Part shown: positions 23,646 to 31,800 of the stretch, piece after piece
How the letters are laid out: each line of letters opens with the position of its first letter
Position numbering within the stretch: the stretch's first letter is position 1
Assembly: GCF_000007185.1 (NCBI RefSeq)
Contig: NC_003551.1
Span: 540,001 to 572,000 of the forward strand
Source: Methanopyrus kandleri AV19
GTDB lineage: Archaea; JAADCQ01; Methanopyri; Methanopyrales; Methanopyraceae
Reading direction: 5' to 3'
DNA length: 32,000 nt
Notes under the pieces: generated by a model
What the model was told of the DNA's origin: nothing
Seen by the model: only the letters and a program-made list of their open reading frames with translations
The model's database searches: none
Translations under genes and position numbers: made by a program

Positions 23646-23670
23646 CTCCCTATGATGGCCTGAAATGGGC

Positions 23671-23760
23671 GCGGGGGCGCCCGAGCCTGGTCGAAGGGGG
23701 CGGACTTAAGATCCGCTGGCCGTAGGGCCGTCCCGGGTTCAAATCCCGGCCCCCGCACCA
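23671..23760 (+). tRNA. tRNA-Leu (anticodon UAA), class II, genomically encoded CCA, C at position 8
   Basis: Acceptor GCGGGGG/CCCCCGC, discriminator A plus CCA. Anticodon arm GCGGA-CUUAAGA-UCCGC. Long variable arm, T-loop GTTCAAATC, A14 and GG in the D-loop. Confidence 0.95.
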
Positions 23761-23766
23761 AGCGAG

Positions 23767-23791
23767 AATCGTTATGAGAATAATAACGATT
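23767..23791. promoter_or_regulatory. tRNA-Leu 3' trailer hairpin (AATCGTTAT-N7-ATAACGATT)
   Basis: 9-bp perfect AT-rich stem starting 7 nt after CCA. It shares the 12-mer GAATCGTTATGA with the tRNA-Ser trailer. Confidence 0.55.
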
Positions 23792-23844
23792 ACTCGGACT
23801 GAAGCGACGCTCCCCGCGGCGACAGTTCACGTACGTCGGAGGTG

Positions 23845-25068
23845 ATGTCGAGCTCGCGGGCGGTTTCCCAGGGCCCCTCTGGGGGGGGCACCCGAGGAGC
23901 GTCGGGGGAACGCGGTACCGTGGTGGGACGCGGTCGTTCCTTGGTATCCGTCCTGCGCACCCTGCTGAGGATCCCCGCGGTGCGACGATCTCTGGTCGTA
24001 CTGTCGTCAATCCTCCTGACGTCCACGGTCATCTTTCACTTCCTGGAGGGATGGCCGCTGCTGACCTGCCTGTACTTCACCGCGGCCACGATAACGACCG
24101 TGGGGTACGGCGACGTCGTCCCCACCACGGAGGCGGGTCGCCTGCTTTCCGTCATCGTCATGTTCTCCGGGATCGGCGTGGCCTCGTACGCCTTGGGAGA
24201 CATCATCCAGCTCGTCTTCCGAGGGGAGCTCTCCTTGGCGATCAAGGAGGACGTCCTCCGGAAGAGGATAAAGGAGGTCGAGAACCACATCATCGTGTGC
24301 GGGTTCGGCAGGACGGGTAGCCGCGTCGCCAGGTTACTCTCGGAACGGTACAAGTTCGACGTCGTGGTGGTGGATAAAGACGAGGAGGCCTACGAGCGGG
24401 CCGTATACCAAGGGTTTCCCGCGGTTCTGGGCGACGCGACGAGAGAAGACACGCTGCAGGAGGCCAACGTCGAGAGCGCCCGCGGTATGGTGGTGGCGAC
24501 GGGTGACGACCGCACCAACGTCTTCGTGACGCTGCTCGCGAAGAACTTCAGGCGGGACCTCCACGTCGTCGCGGTAGCCAACAGCCGGGAAGGTGCCAAG
24601 ATGATGGAGCGTGCCGGGGCCGACGAGGTGCTCTTCCTGTACGACTGCGCGTCCCGGCACATAGTACGGGCTGCCCTCTCCCCTACGATGTTCCGGGTGA
24701 CGGTGCGGCACTCCGTGGACGAGATCTCGGACGTCATGTGGATCATAATCGGCAACGGCGGTGTGGTGCAGTGCGTGGAGTACTACACCCCGCCCTTGAA
24801 ATCCCCGATCCGTAGGGACGTCGTGATAAGCTCCATGGACGAGGTGATGAGGTTCGTCAAGAGCCTGGAGAAGTACCCCGAAAGGAAGCGAACTCTGGAG
24901 GACCTCTACAGGGTCTCCGAGAACGTCCACACTTACTACGTGATCGTCCACAACGAGGAGGAGCGCGAGCGCATCCTCCGTGAGCTCGACCGACGCGGCT
25001 ACCTCGTCGGCGTCGACCTCACCATCGACGAGATCCTCCAAGAGATCGAGCGGCTCCGAGGCGAGTGA
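23845..25068 (+). CDS. MthK-like potassium channel (2-TM pore plus RCK/TrkA-N domain)
   Basis: The selectivity filter TTVGYGDV lies between two TM helices. The Rossmann motif IIVCGFGRTGSRVARLL follows. ATG 23845 is preceded by ggaggtg. Confidence 0.85.
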   Translation: MSSSRAVSQGPSGGGTRGASGERGTVVGRGRSLVSVLRTLLRIPAVRRSLVVLSSILLTSTVIFHFLEGWPLLTCLYFTAATITTVGYGDVVPTTEAGRLLSVIVMFSGIGVASYALGDIIQLVFRGELSLAIKEDVLRKRIKEVENHIIVCGFGRTGSRVARLLSERYKFDVVVVDKDEEAYERAVYQGFPAVLGDATREDTLQEANVESARGMVVATGDDRTNVFVTLLAKNFRRDLHVVAVANSREGAKMMERAGADEVLFLYDCASRHIVRAALSPTMFRVTVRHSVDEISDVMWIIIGNGGVVQCVEYYTPPLKSPIRRDVVISSMDEVMRFVKSLEKYPERKRTLEDLYRVSENVHTYYVIVHNEEERERILRELDRRGYLVGVDLTIDEILQEIERLRGE

Positions 25069-25271
25069 CTCCCGCGTCCACTACCAGGCGGCCGGCACCC
25101 CGTTACCACCGGAGTTCGCCGGTCAGGCACTCATCGTCACGGTACCACCCTCCTCGGACCCCTTTTCCTTGTAATCGCCTCCGATCGACGCTCAAGCCAC
25201 CAATCCTCTCCTGCTTCTGGAATGTACTGAAAGTCCGGAATACTTTTATTGTCTCGCACGATTACAAAAGA

Positions 25272-25817
25272 ATGGTCGCGAACCCGTCCGGGGTGGCGAG
25301 AGTGTCCTGGCAGGGCGCCCCGTTACCGGCCGATCCGGTGGAACGCATTCGGTGCTTGCGTATCCTTCGAGAAACGTACCGGCGTAGGGCCAAGCCGAAG
25401 CCGCGGAAGACGTACCGGAAGATCGCGGGGAGGACGTACGGCCCGTACTACGTCGCGTACTTCGGGCGGACGAGGCGGCACCGCAGGGTCCGGCTGATCT
25501 ACCTGGGGAAGTCGAACCCGAGCGTGGATTTCGTCGAGTGGCTGGCCGGACAGTCGAGGGAGCGCGTGCTCGAGCTCGCCCGGCTCGCCGTCCGGCACCT
25601 CCGTACAGCGCTCGAGACGTTGTCCCACGAGGCTCGCGATGCCGGGGATGTACGTCGACTGGTCGCCCGAATCCTGGCACTCGCCTTCGACCTCGAGCCC
25701 GCGCGCTCGACCGGGCTCCGGGGTCCGCTCGAGCGCGCCCCGAGGTTCGTGAGGACCGTACTCGGACCCTGGGAGGCCTGGTTCGCGGAGAACGTCCTAC
25801 GTAAACTCCTCTCCTAG
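25272..25817 (+). CDS. uncharacterised protein, YGPYY-IYLG family (paralog of 2479-3207)
   Basis: ATG 25272 lies behind a TATA-like aatacttttatt. The track start 25065 is an unlikely Pro/Ser/Arg-rich extension. Contains TYRKIAGRTYGPYYVAYF...RLIYLGKSNPSVDFVEWL. Confidence 0.6.
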   Translation: MVANPSGVARVSWQGAPLPADPVERIRCLRILRETYRRRAKPKPRKTYRKIAGRTYGPYYVAYFGRTRRHRRVRLIYLGKSNPSVDFVEWLAGQSRERVLELARLAVRHLRTALETLSHEARDAGDVRRLVARILALAFDLEPARSTGLRGPLERAPRFVRTVLGPWEAWFAENVLRKLLS

Positions 25818-26034
25818 CGATAGTACGGGGTGGTGGGCGCCGAGCGACGTCCAGCCCGAGCTCGGGCGCTGAAGGACTGAGATTGAGTACGGGCGGTAGC
25901 GCGGTTCCCCCGATTCGACGACCACGGAGGTGCGCACCTCGCCCTGCGTCGTGTTCGGCCCGTTGGGCCTCGCGCCGCCCGCTCGAGCACGGAAAAGTTA
26001 TTAGTGGCTAGCCTCGCGATTAATTGTTGGAGAA

Positions 26035-26125
26035 GCCGGGGCGGCCGAGCCCGGTCCAAGGCGCGGGACTTGAGATCCCGTGGCCCGTATGGGCCGCCCG
26101 GGTTCAAATCCCGGCCCCGGCGCCA
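26035..26125 (+). tRNA. tRNA-Ser (anticodon UGA), class II, encoded CCA, C at position 8
   Basis: Acceptor GCCGGGG/CCCCGGC, discriminator G plus CCA. Anticodon arm CGGGA-CUUGAGA-UCCCG. Variable arm GGCCC-GTAT-GGGCC. T-arm CCGGG-TTCAAAT-CCCGG. Confidence 0.95.
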
Positions 26126-26130
26126 AACCC

Positions 26131-26161
26131 GGAATCGTTATGAATACTGTAACGTTATTCC
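26131..26161. promoter_or_regulatory. tRNA-Ser 3' trailer hairpin, overlaps the convergent thiL stop
   Basis: GGAAT-CGTTA / TAACG-(TT bulge)-ATTCC with a 9-nt loop. It lies between two convergent transcription units, a position expected for a bidirectional terminator. Confidence 0.5.
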
Positions 26162-27186
26162 GACCGGGCCCGTGGGTTCCTGACTATCCTCACACCCTCA
26201 CCCTCCGTCACCCTTCCGATCGTCGTTAGACCGAACTCCTTAACCACGTCCTCCGGGCCGCAGATCAGGAACTCGTAGTCCTCTCCCCCTTCGAGCGCGA
26301 GGTCCACCGGGTCCACGTCGAACTCCTGCGCGACTTCCTCCACGCCTTCGTCCACCGGTACCTTCCACGTGTGGATCTCGATCGCCACCCCGGATCGTCT
26401 CGCGATCGCTTCCGCCTCCGCCAGCAGCCCATCGCTGATGTCCGTGACGGCGGCGCGATAGCCACCCCGCGCGAGCTCCACACCCACCTCCACCGGTGGT
26501 CTCGGTCGTGCGAACCGCTCGTACAACGTTTCCTCTGGTTCCATACCGTTGAGTATGGCCCGCACGAACGCGTTGGGACCGCCCAACGGTCCCGTGACGG
26601 CCACCACGTCACCAGGGCGGGCGTTCGACATCAACAGCGGTTCGCCCTTCAGCTTCCCCAGGCACGTACCCGAGAGGACGAGCTCCTCCCCTTCCACGAC
26701 ATCTCCGCCTATCAGGGACACTCCGAACTCCCGCAGTCCTTCGGATATCCCGAGGACGAGCTGCTCGACGTCCACCTCGTCGTCGAGGCACACGGAGAAC
26801 CCGAAAAAGCTCGGTTCTCCGCCCATAGCGCCGACGTCGCTCACCACCGAAGCCACGAACTTCCAGCCCAGGTCCCGGTCCCTGAGCTCCTTCGGTACGT
26901 GCCTGGATCGGGTCATAGCGTCGAAGTTGACGACGGTTCCGTCCGGGAGGACAGCAGCGTCGTCATCCCCTGCTTTGACTCGTGGTCCCTCGGTGGGACA
27001 CGCCTCCACGATGAGTTCGATCAGTTCTTCCTCCTCCTTCGGCCGCCACGTCCGGGGTGACGGTCTCTTGAAACCGGAGCTCAAGCGCGTCCCCCGCGAA
27101 GAGCTCGAGTCGATCGCGAACGAGATGGCTAGGAAGTTCAACTGCGAACGTGTAGCCTCCGTCGTGAGATCTTTCCACCTCATCAA
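26155..27186 (-). CDS. thiL: thiamine-monophosphate kinase
   Basis: Contains GDDDAAVL, SDVGAMGGEP, LIGGDVV and ARPGDVVAVTGPLGG (PurM/ThiL fold). The start is uncertain. The conserved N-terminus begins near EEELIELI, TTG 27084 is an alternative, and ATG 27186 adds ~50 poor-looking residues. Confidence 0.75.
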   Translation of the reverse strand: MMRWKDLTTEATRSQLNFLAISFAIDSSSSRGTRLSSGFKRPSPRTWRPKEEEELIELIVEACPTEGPRVKAGDDDAAVLPDGTVVNFDAMTRSRHVPKELRDRDLGWKFVASVVSDVGAMGGEPSFFGFSVCLDDEVDVEQLVLGISEGLREFGVSLIGGDVVEGEELVLSGTCLGKLKGEPLLMSNARPGDVVAVTGPLGGPNAFVRAILNGMEPEETLYERFARPRPPVEVGVELARGGYRAAVTDISDGLLAEAEAIARRSGVAIEIHTWKVPVDEGVEEVAQEFDVDPVDLALEGGEDYEFLICGPEDVVKEFGLTTIGRVTEGEGVRIVRNPRARSE

Positions 27187-27601
27187 GCTCGAGGGTAGGT
27201 GGACAGAGTACTTCGTCGTGAACCGGGTTGATTTCGACCCGGCCGATTTGCCCGAGCGCGCGGATCCGTTCTTAGTCGGTCGACCCTTCTGCGAGAGGTC
27301 GGCCCGGGGCGACCTCCGAATTCACGTCGAAGGTGCGCGCGAACTCGCGCGCCGCGTCGATGAAATAAAGACTTACGTGACGGAACGGGCGGCGGTGCTG
27401 TTCACCTACGGTCGAGACGTGCTCCCCGAGAGTATCGTCGAAATCCGGGGTCCGAAGGAGCCCAGACTGGTCGCGGTGGTGTATCGTGACGATCTGGGGG
27501 AGCATTGCGTCGGGGTGGGTCGCCTTCGGTTCTCCGAAGATGGTCGTCCCGTGGTGGATAACGTGATCGATCGTGGCTGGTATCTCCGGAGGGGAGGTTG
27601 A
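27068..27601 (+). CDS. NIP7-like pre-PUA/PUA domain protein (archaeal UPF0113)
   Basis: Contains [35 protein letters not shown] and a terminal [10 protein letters not shown]. Possible starts are TTG 27068 or ATG 27125. The track start 26549 is antisense shadow of thiL. Confidence 0.6.
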   Translation: MKPELKRVPREELESIANEMARKFNCERVASVVRSFHLIKLEGRWTEYFVVNRVDFDPADLPERADPFLVGRPFCERSARGDLRIHVEGARELARRVDEIKTYVTERAAVLFTYGRDVLPESIVEIRGPKEPRLVAVVYRDDLGEHCVGVGRLRFSEDGRPVVDNVIDRGWYLRRGG

Positions 27602-27602
27602 G

Positions 27603-28250
27603 ATGCTGGCCATCAGCATGGACGTGGAGAACGTTCCGGGTGCTCTTAAAGCGATCGCCGGCGTCATCGCGGACCACGGCGGCAACATAGTCCACATCCA
27701 GCAGGACTCCGAGGGTGAGCTGGCCCGTCTGTACATGGAGATCGAAGGCGTGGAGCGGCCCAAAGTACTCGTCTCCGAGCTGAGATCACTGGACGTCGTC
27801 CGAGAGGTCCGCGTGCTGAGGCCTTTAAAGGAGATATACGGTAAGCGCGTGATCGTGATGGGAGGGGGCGCCCAGGTCGCCGAAGTCGCCCGGGGCGCGA
27901 TCACCGAGGCGGACCGTCATAACATCCGCGGTGAACGCATCAGCGTGGATACTATTCCGCTAGTCGGTGAGGAGAACCTGGCGGAAGCCGTTCGGGCCGT
28001 AGCCCGCCTGCCCAGGGTAGGAATCCTAGTTCTCGCGGGGTCTTTGATGGGAGGGAAGATCGCGGAGGCCGTTCAAGAGCTCCGCGAGGAACACGGGATA
28101 CCTGTGATATCCCTGAACATGGCCGGGAGCGTTCCCGAGGTCGCGGACCTCGTGGTGACGGACCCCGTTCAGGCTGGCGTTATGGCCGTCATGGCTATCT
28201 CTGACGCCGGAGTCTTCGACCTTTCCAGGGTTCGAGGTAGGAAGTTCTGA
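27603..28250 (+). CDS. ACT-domain regulatory protein (COG2150-like)
   Basis: N-terminal ACT-like [30 protein letters not shown], followed by a conserved C-terminal domain. ATG 27603 abuts the upstream stop. Confidence 0.65.
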   Translation: MLAISMDVENVPGALKAIAGVIADHGGNIVHIQQDSEGELARLYMEIEGVERPKVLVSELRSLDVVREVRVLRPLKEIYGKRVIVMGGGAQVAEVARGAITEADRHNIRGERISVDTIPLVGEENLAEAVRAVARLPRVGILVLAGSLMGGKIAEAVQELREEHGIPVISLNMAGSVPEVADLVVTDPVQAGVMAVMAISDAGVFDLSRVRGRKF

Positions 28251-28263
28251 TGGGGGTGCTTCC

Positions 28264-28827
28264 ATGCTCCTCGAGAAGTCCTTGGAGGAGGCACCTGTGG
28301 TGAACCGTAACGGGTACTGGTACTTCATTCACCCTATTACGGACGGTGTCCCGGAGCTCCCGCCCGAGTTACTCCGTGAAGTCGCGTACAGGATCGTCCG
28401 CGCCTTAGACAGCACGGACTTCGATAAGATCGTGTGTGTAGAGGCCATGGGGATCCACCTGGGAGCCCTCCTATCAGACATGCTGGATCGTCCGTTGGTC
28501 ATAGTCAGGAAACGGGAGTACGGGTTGGACGGCGAGGTGGAGATTACCCAGGAGAAAGGGTACGGTGTGGAGAAGCTGTACCTGAACGGCGTGTCCGAAG
28601 GGGACAGAGTCGTGGTCGTGGACGACGTGATCAGCACGGGTGGGACCCTCGTCGGGTTGATCAACGCCCTCGACGACGTCGGGGCCGAGATCGAGGACGT
28701 GGTGGTCGTGGTGGCCAGGGGAGGCCTCGATAGGGTCAGGGAGGAAACCGGGGTCGACGTCAAGTACTTGGTCCGAGTGGAGGTGTCGGAGGATGGTGTG
28801 AGCGTCGTCGAGTCGCGCTATCGCTGA
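28264..28827 (+). CDS. hpt: archaeal hypoxanthine/guanine phosphoribosyltransferase
   Basis: Contains YWYFIHPITDGVP, VEAMGIHLGA, VIVRKREYGLDGEV and the PRPP loop VVVVDDVISTGGTL. Confidence 0.85.
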   Translation: MLLEKSLEEAPVVNRNGYWYFIHPITDGVPELPPELLREVAYRIVRALDSTDFDKIVCVEAMGIHLGALLSDMLDRPLVIVRKREYGLDGEVEITQEKGYGVEKLYLNGVSEGDRVVVVDDVISTGGTLVGLINALDDVGAEIEDVVVVVARGGLDRVREETGVDVKYLVRVEVSEDGVSVVESRYR

Positions 28828-29825
28828 TCTTTGAGAACGCGGATCCACTCCCCTTCCGCCTCCCTGGAGCTTCCGACGATCGCTATCAGTTCCCCCGAGT
28901 TCCTCTCCCGCTCGAGCTTTCCGGAGACCTCGATCACCTCACCCTCGAACGCCTGACCCACGTAGGTGTGCGTGTAACTCCTCACCTCGGTCACTTCGTA
29001 CCCTTCCTCGGTGTCCGATTCCACCGCTTCGACCCTCCATCGCGCGGGATAGTCGAACGCCAACGAATCGTCGAGGACCTCGCAGACCAGTCGGACGTTC
29101 TCTTCGACGGTCTCGAACTCTTCCCACCGGACGTCGGAGAGTTCCGATTCGTCGCGTACGAGCAGCACGTCACACACTCGATCACCGATGACCACCCTGT
29201 TCCCCTTACGCAGCTCGTGCCGTAGGAACTCCTCGAAGTCCAGCTCGGGGGATCTCCTCCGATAGACGCGCTCCCATTGATCGTAGTCCAGCGCCCTCAG
29301 AAGATCTCGACCCTCGCCGGTCTCCTGAATCCGTAGGATCGCATCACGTACCGCGAGGAACTCCTGAACACCGTAGACGACCAAATCCAGGTCCGATTCG
29401 GCCGGATCGTGGAGCTCGGGGAGTAGCGATCCCGTGACTCCGAACCGGGACTCCGGTACCCCGGAGTCCTCGGCGAGTTCCAGCACGGCCCTCGCGGCCA
29501 TCTCTTCCAGGTCGTCCCTGGGCTCCTCCAAGATCCTCTCCATACGATCCCTCGGGTGTAAGTGCTCCACTACGTCCTCCGGTGGCACCACCTGATCGTA
29601 GAAGTCCCCTCGGACCTTCCTGACATACTCCGGATGTCGCTCCCTGAGGATCTCGAACGATTCCTCGAAACTCACTTTACGGTACCTCTCACCAGTGGGT
29701 CGACGAATCCTGTCGCCTTCTGGATCCTTCACGTACCGCATCAGCGCCAGGAAACCGTCCTCCGGATGGACGTAGGATATCACCGAGAACACGGCATCCT
29801 CCGTCACGAGGAAGTCGCGCAGCAT
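28818..29825 (-). CDS. Pol-beta-superfamily nucleotidyltransferase-like protein with a C-terminal beta-rich (possibly OB-like) domain
   Basis: Contains GVTGSLLPELHDPAESDLDLVVYG (GS...D.D motif). I prefer ATG 29825, because the track start 30005 adds a Ser/Thr/Arg-rich shadow. Confidence 0.55.
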   Translation of the reverse strand: MLRDFLVTEDAVFSVISYVHPEDGFLALMRYVKDPEGDRIRRPTGERYRKVSFEESFEILRERHPEYVRKVRGDFYDQVVPPEDVVEHLHPRDRMERILEEPRDDLEEMAARAVLELAEDSGVPESRFGVTGSLLPELHDPAESDLDLVVYGVQEFLAVRDAILRIQETGEGRDLLRALDYDQWERVYRRRSPELDFEEFLRHELRKGNRVVIGDRVCDVLLVRDESELSDVRWEEFETVEENVRLVCEVLDDSLAFDYPARWRVEAVESDTEEGYEVTEVRSYTHTYVGQAFEGEVIEVSGKLERERNSGELIAIVGSSREAEGEWIRVLKDQR

Positions 29826-29883
29826 CGGGTACAAGGGGGCCACCCCGCTGATCGAGGAGCGTGTTGAAGGCGCGGAGCTGCGA

Positions 29884-30273
29884 GTGGTCAGGTTGGAACC
29901 CGGCGAACGGTTCCCGGAGAGCGTGGACACGAGCAGATGGCGGAACTCCGTCGTGGTTTCCGGTAAGGGGAGCGTCCGCGCGCTCCGGTGGAGGTTGGGG
30001 GACACTCCAGTCTTCGAGACCCGCGGGAAGTTCGAGCTGATCTCACTGGAAGGCCTGCTGTTCGACGACGGTTCCTATCACCTGCACGCGTCGGTATCGG
30101 ACGAGAACGGGCACACGCTATCGGGGCACGTCAAGGGGTTCGAGGTTTACACCACCGTGGAGTTGGTGCTGCTCCGGTTGAACGCACGCCTCGAGCGTGG
30201 ACGTGACCCTCACACCGGGTACAGGGAACTTACCCGCGTTATTCCGTCAGCACGCGACACCCGCGCTCGGTGA
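29884..30273 (+). CDS. PPC/DUF296 domain protein (PD1-like DNA-binding fold)
   Basis: FELISLEGLL...YHLHASVSDENGHTLSGHVKG...TVELVLL matches the PPC domain pattern. Its 3' end overlaps the convergent map gene. Confidence 0.6.
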   Translation: MVRLEPGERFPESVDTSRWRNSVVVSGKGSVRALRWRLGDTPVFETRGKFELISLEGLLFDDGSYHLHASVSDENGHTLSGHVKGFEVYTTVELVLLRLNARLERGRDPHTGYRELTRVIPSARDTRAR

Positions 30274-31111
30274 CCACTACCGTATGCTCCCACTGGGCCA
30301 CCGGTTCCCCGTTCACCTCGACGAGCTCGGGGTAAGCCTTCACGGCTCCCAGCTTACTAAGTCTCAGCAGTTCGAACTTCACCCTCGGAGCCTTCCCCAC
30401 CCAACGTCGGGCGAAAGGCAGTGACTTCCGGTCCTCGTAGATCCGGTGCAGGTTCAGGCGGGATCGTTGATTAGGGTTCCGCACTGAGAAAATCTCGACG
30501 GTCGAGCCGGGTTTCACGTCTCCCTCTCCGTCCTCAGTGGTTACGAACGGTTCGACTGCCAGTACCATTCCCTCCTCGAGCTTGTCTTCGTACCCTGGTA
30601 GGTCGTCGTTGGGGATCGAAACGCCGGCGTGTAGGTTCCACGGTTCGATCTGATGTCCTGTGAGTCCGATAACCGGCTTGAAACCGCGATCTCGACACAC
30701 CTCACCGATGGCCCTCCCGACCTCGCGACACTCGACGCCCGGTCGGATCGTCTCTATGGCCGCTTCGAGGGCCTCGCGGGCGGCCTCCGCCAATCGCTCC
30801 CCTAAGTCGTTGTCGAAGGACAGCGTGATCGCCGCGTCCCCGATGGCGCCGTTAACGTGAGCGCCTATGTCGACCTTCAGGATGTCCCCGGGCGATACCT
30901 CGACCTCGTCGTCCGGGCTCGGCGTGTAATGAGCAGCCACCTCGTTCAGCGATAGGTTTACCGGAAACGCCGGTTCTGCCCCTTGATCCCTCACGCACTC
31001 CTCGAGGTATTCGGCTATTTCCAGCAGTCGGTCTCCGATGTCGATCTCCCGGGCAGCCCTACGGAGGACCCTTTTGACCACCTTTCCGGCTTCCTGGAAC
31101 TCATCGTCCAC
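30239..31111 (-). CDS. map: methionine aminopeptidase, type 2 (archaeal)
   Basis: Contains FPVNLSLNEVAAHYTP, KVDIGAHVNG, GHQIEPWNLHAG and VLAVEPF (metal ligands in order). GTG start at 31111. Confidence 0.9.
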   Translation of the reverse strand: MDDEFQEAGKVVKRVLRRAAREIDIGDRLLEIAEYLEECVRDQGAEPAFPVNLSLNEVAAHYTPSPDDEVEVSPGDILKVDIGAHVNGAIGDAAITLSFDNDLGERLAEAAREALEAAIETIRPGVECREVGRAIGEVCRDRGFKPVIGLTGHQIEPWNLHAGVSIPNDDLPGYEDKLEEGMVLAVEPFVTTEDGEGDVKPGSTVEIFSVRNPNQRSRLNLHRIYEDRKSLPFARRWVGKAPRVKFELLRLSKLGAVKAYPELVEVNGEPVAQWEHTVVVTERGCRVLTE

Positions 31112-31137
31112 GTCCGGTCCCCCGGGGGAGACGCTCC

Positions 31138-31800
31138 GTGGAAACGGTTAGAATATCCGTGCTGGACGTAGTGCGACGCATCGCGGACGTCGCGGCCCTA
31201 AGCGTTTTCGAGGTGATCAGGGACGGCCCCCTCGACGTACTCGGATGCACGGTGTTCAACATCGAGCTCGCGCGACGACTAGTAAACAAAGGCTTGGACG
31301 TCCGGCTGGTCTCTTCAGAAGTGGGCGGTCCGAAGGGCTTGCCCGTGGTCGAGGAGCCCGCGTCCGATACGCTGCTGGTGACAGAACCGCTGACGTTTTA
31401 CTCCGAATACCACCTGCTTCGGTCTCACGCTCTCGTTCTCATGTTCAGGTACGGGAACCCTGGATTCAAAGAGTGCTTGCGGGGTCTGGATTGTACGATG
31501 TTGCTACCCGAGATCGAGGGGCGACCTCTACCGGATCTTCACACGGCGTTCGTGGCGGTGCTTCAGGAGGCTGTGACATCTGCCTCTGAGGGACATCACG
31601 TCGTAGGGCTCCGCGTCTCCGACACTTCGGATTACTTCATACCTAACTCAGATCCGGCGGAGGTGAAGCGACGCGATGACGCGATCGTGGTGAGGGCCAT
31701 ACCTCCCTACCGGCTGAGGGAAGGTAGGGTTTGGGAAGCCGTAGCTCGGGCGGTCGATCAGGTACGATTCAGGAGGGTGTCCCGGTGCTTCCAAAAGTAG
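31138..31800 (+). CDS. hypothetical protein
   Basis: ORF with host-like composition, divergent from map. No motif recognised. Confidence 0.45.
   Translation: METVRISVLDVVRRIADVAALSVFEVIRDGPLDVLGCTVFNIELARRLVNKGLDVRLVSSEVGGPKGLPVVEEPASDTLLVTEPLTFYSEYHLLRSHALVLMFRYGNPGFKECLRGLDCTMLLPEIEGRPLPDLHTAFVAVLQEAVTSASEGHHVVGLRVSDTSDYFIPNSDPAEVKRRDDAIVVRAIPPYRLREGRVWEAVARAVDQVRFRRVSRCFQK

Noticed and set aside
23570-24010. Minus-strand ORFs of 146 aa (23570-24010) and 97 aa (25814-26107) covering the tRNA genes
   Set aside because: They run straight through tRNA-Leu and tRNA-Ser and have Pro/Arg-rich nonsense composition, so they are spurious.
23671-26125. tRNA-Leu and tRNA-Ser with identical T-arms and trailers as att sites flanking an integrated element (K+ channel plus YGPYY gene)
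   Set aside because: Both are complete, different tRNAs rather than a tRNA plus a partial 3' duplicate. No integrase is present, and the composition of the enclosed genes is host-like.
26549-27067. N-terminal 170 aa of the 350-aa ORF 26549-27601, with similar track extensions at 19394-19711, 20038-20457, 25065-25271 and 29826-30005
   Set aside because: These extensions overlap well-supported genes in another frame or strand and have Ser/Pro/Arg-rich composition. Internal starts with SD-like or TATA-like context give proteins of the expected family length.
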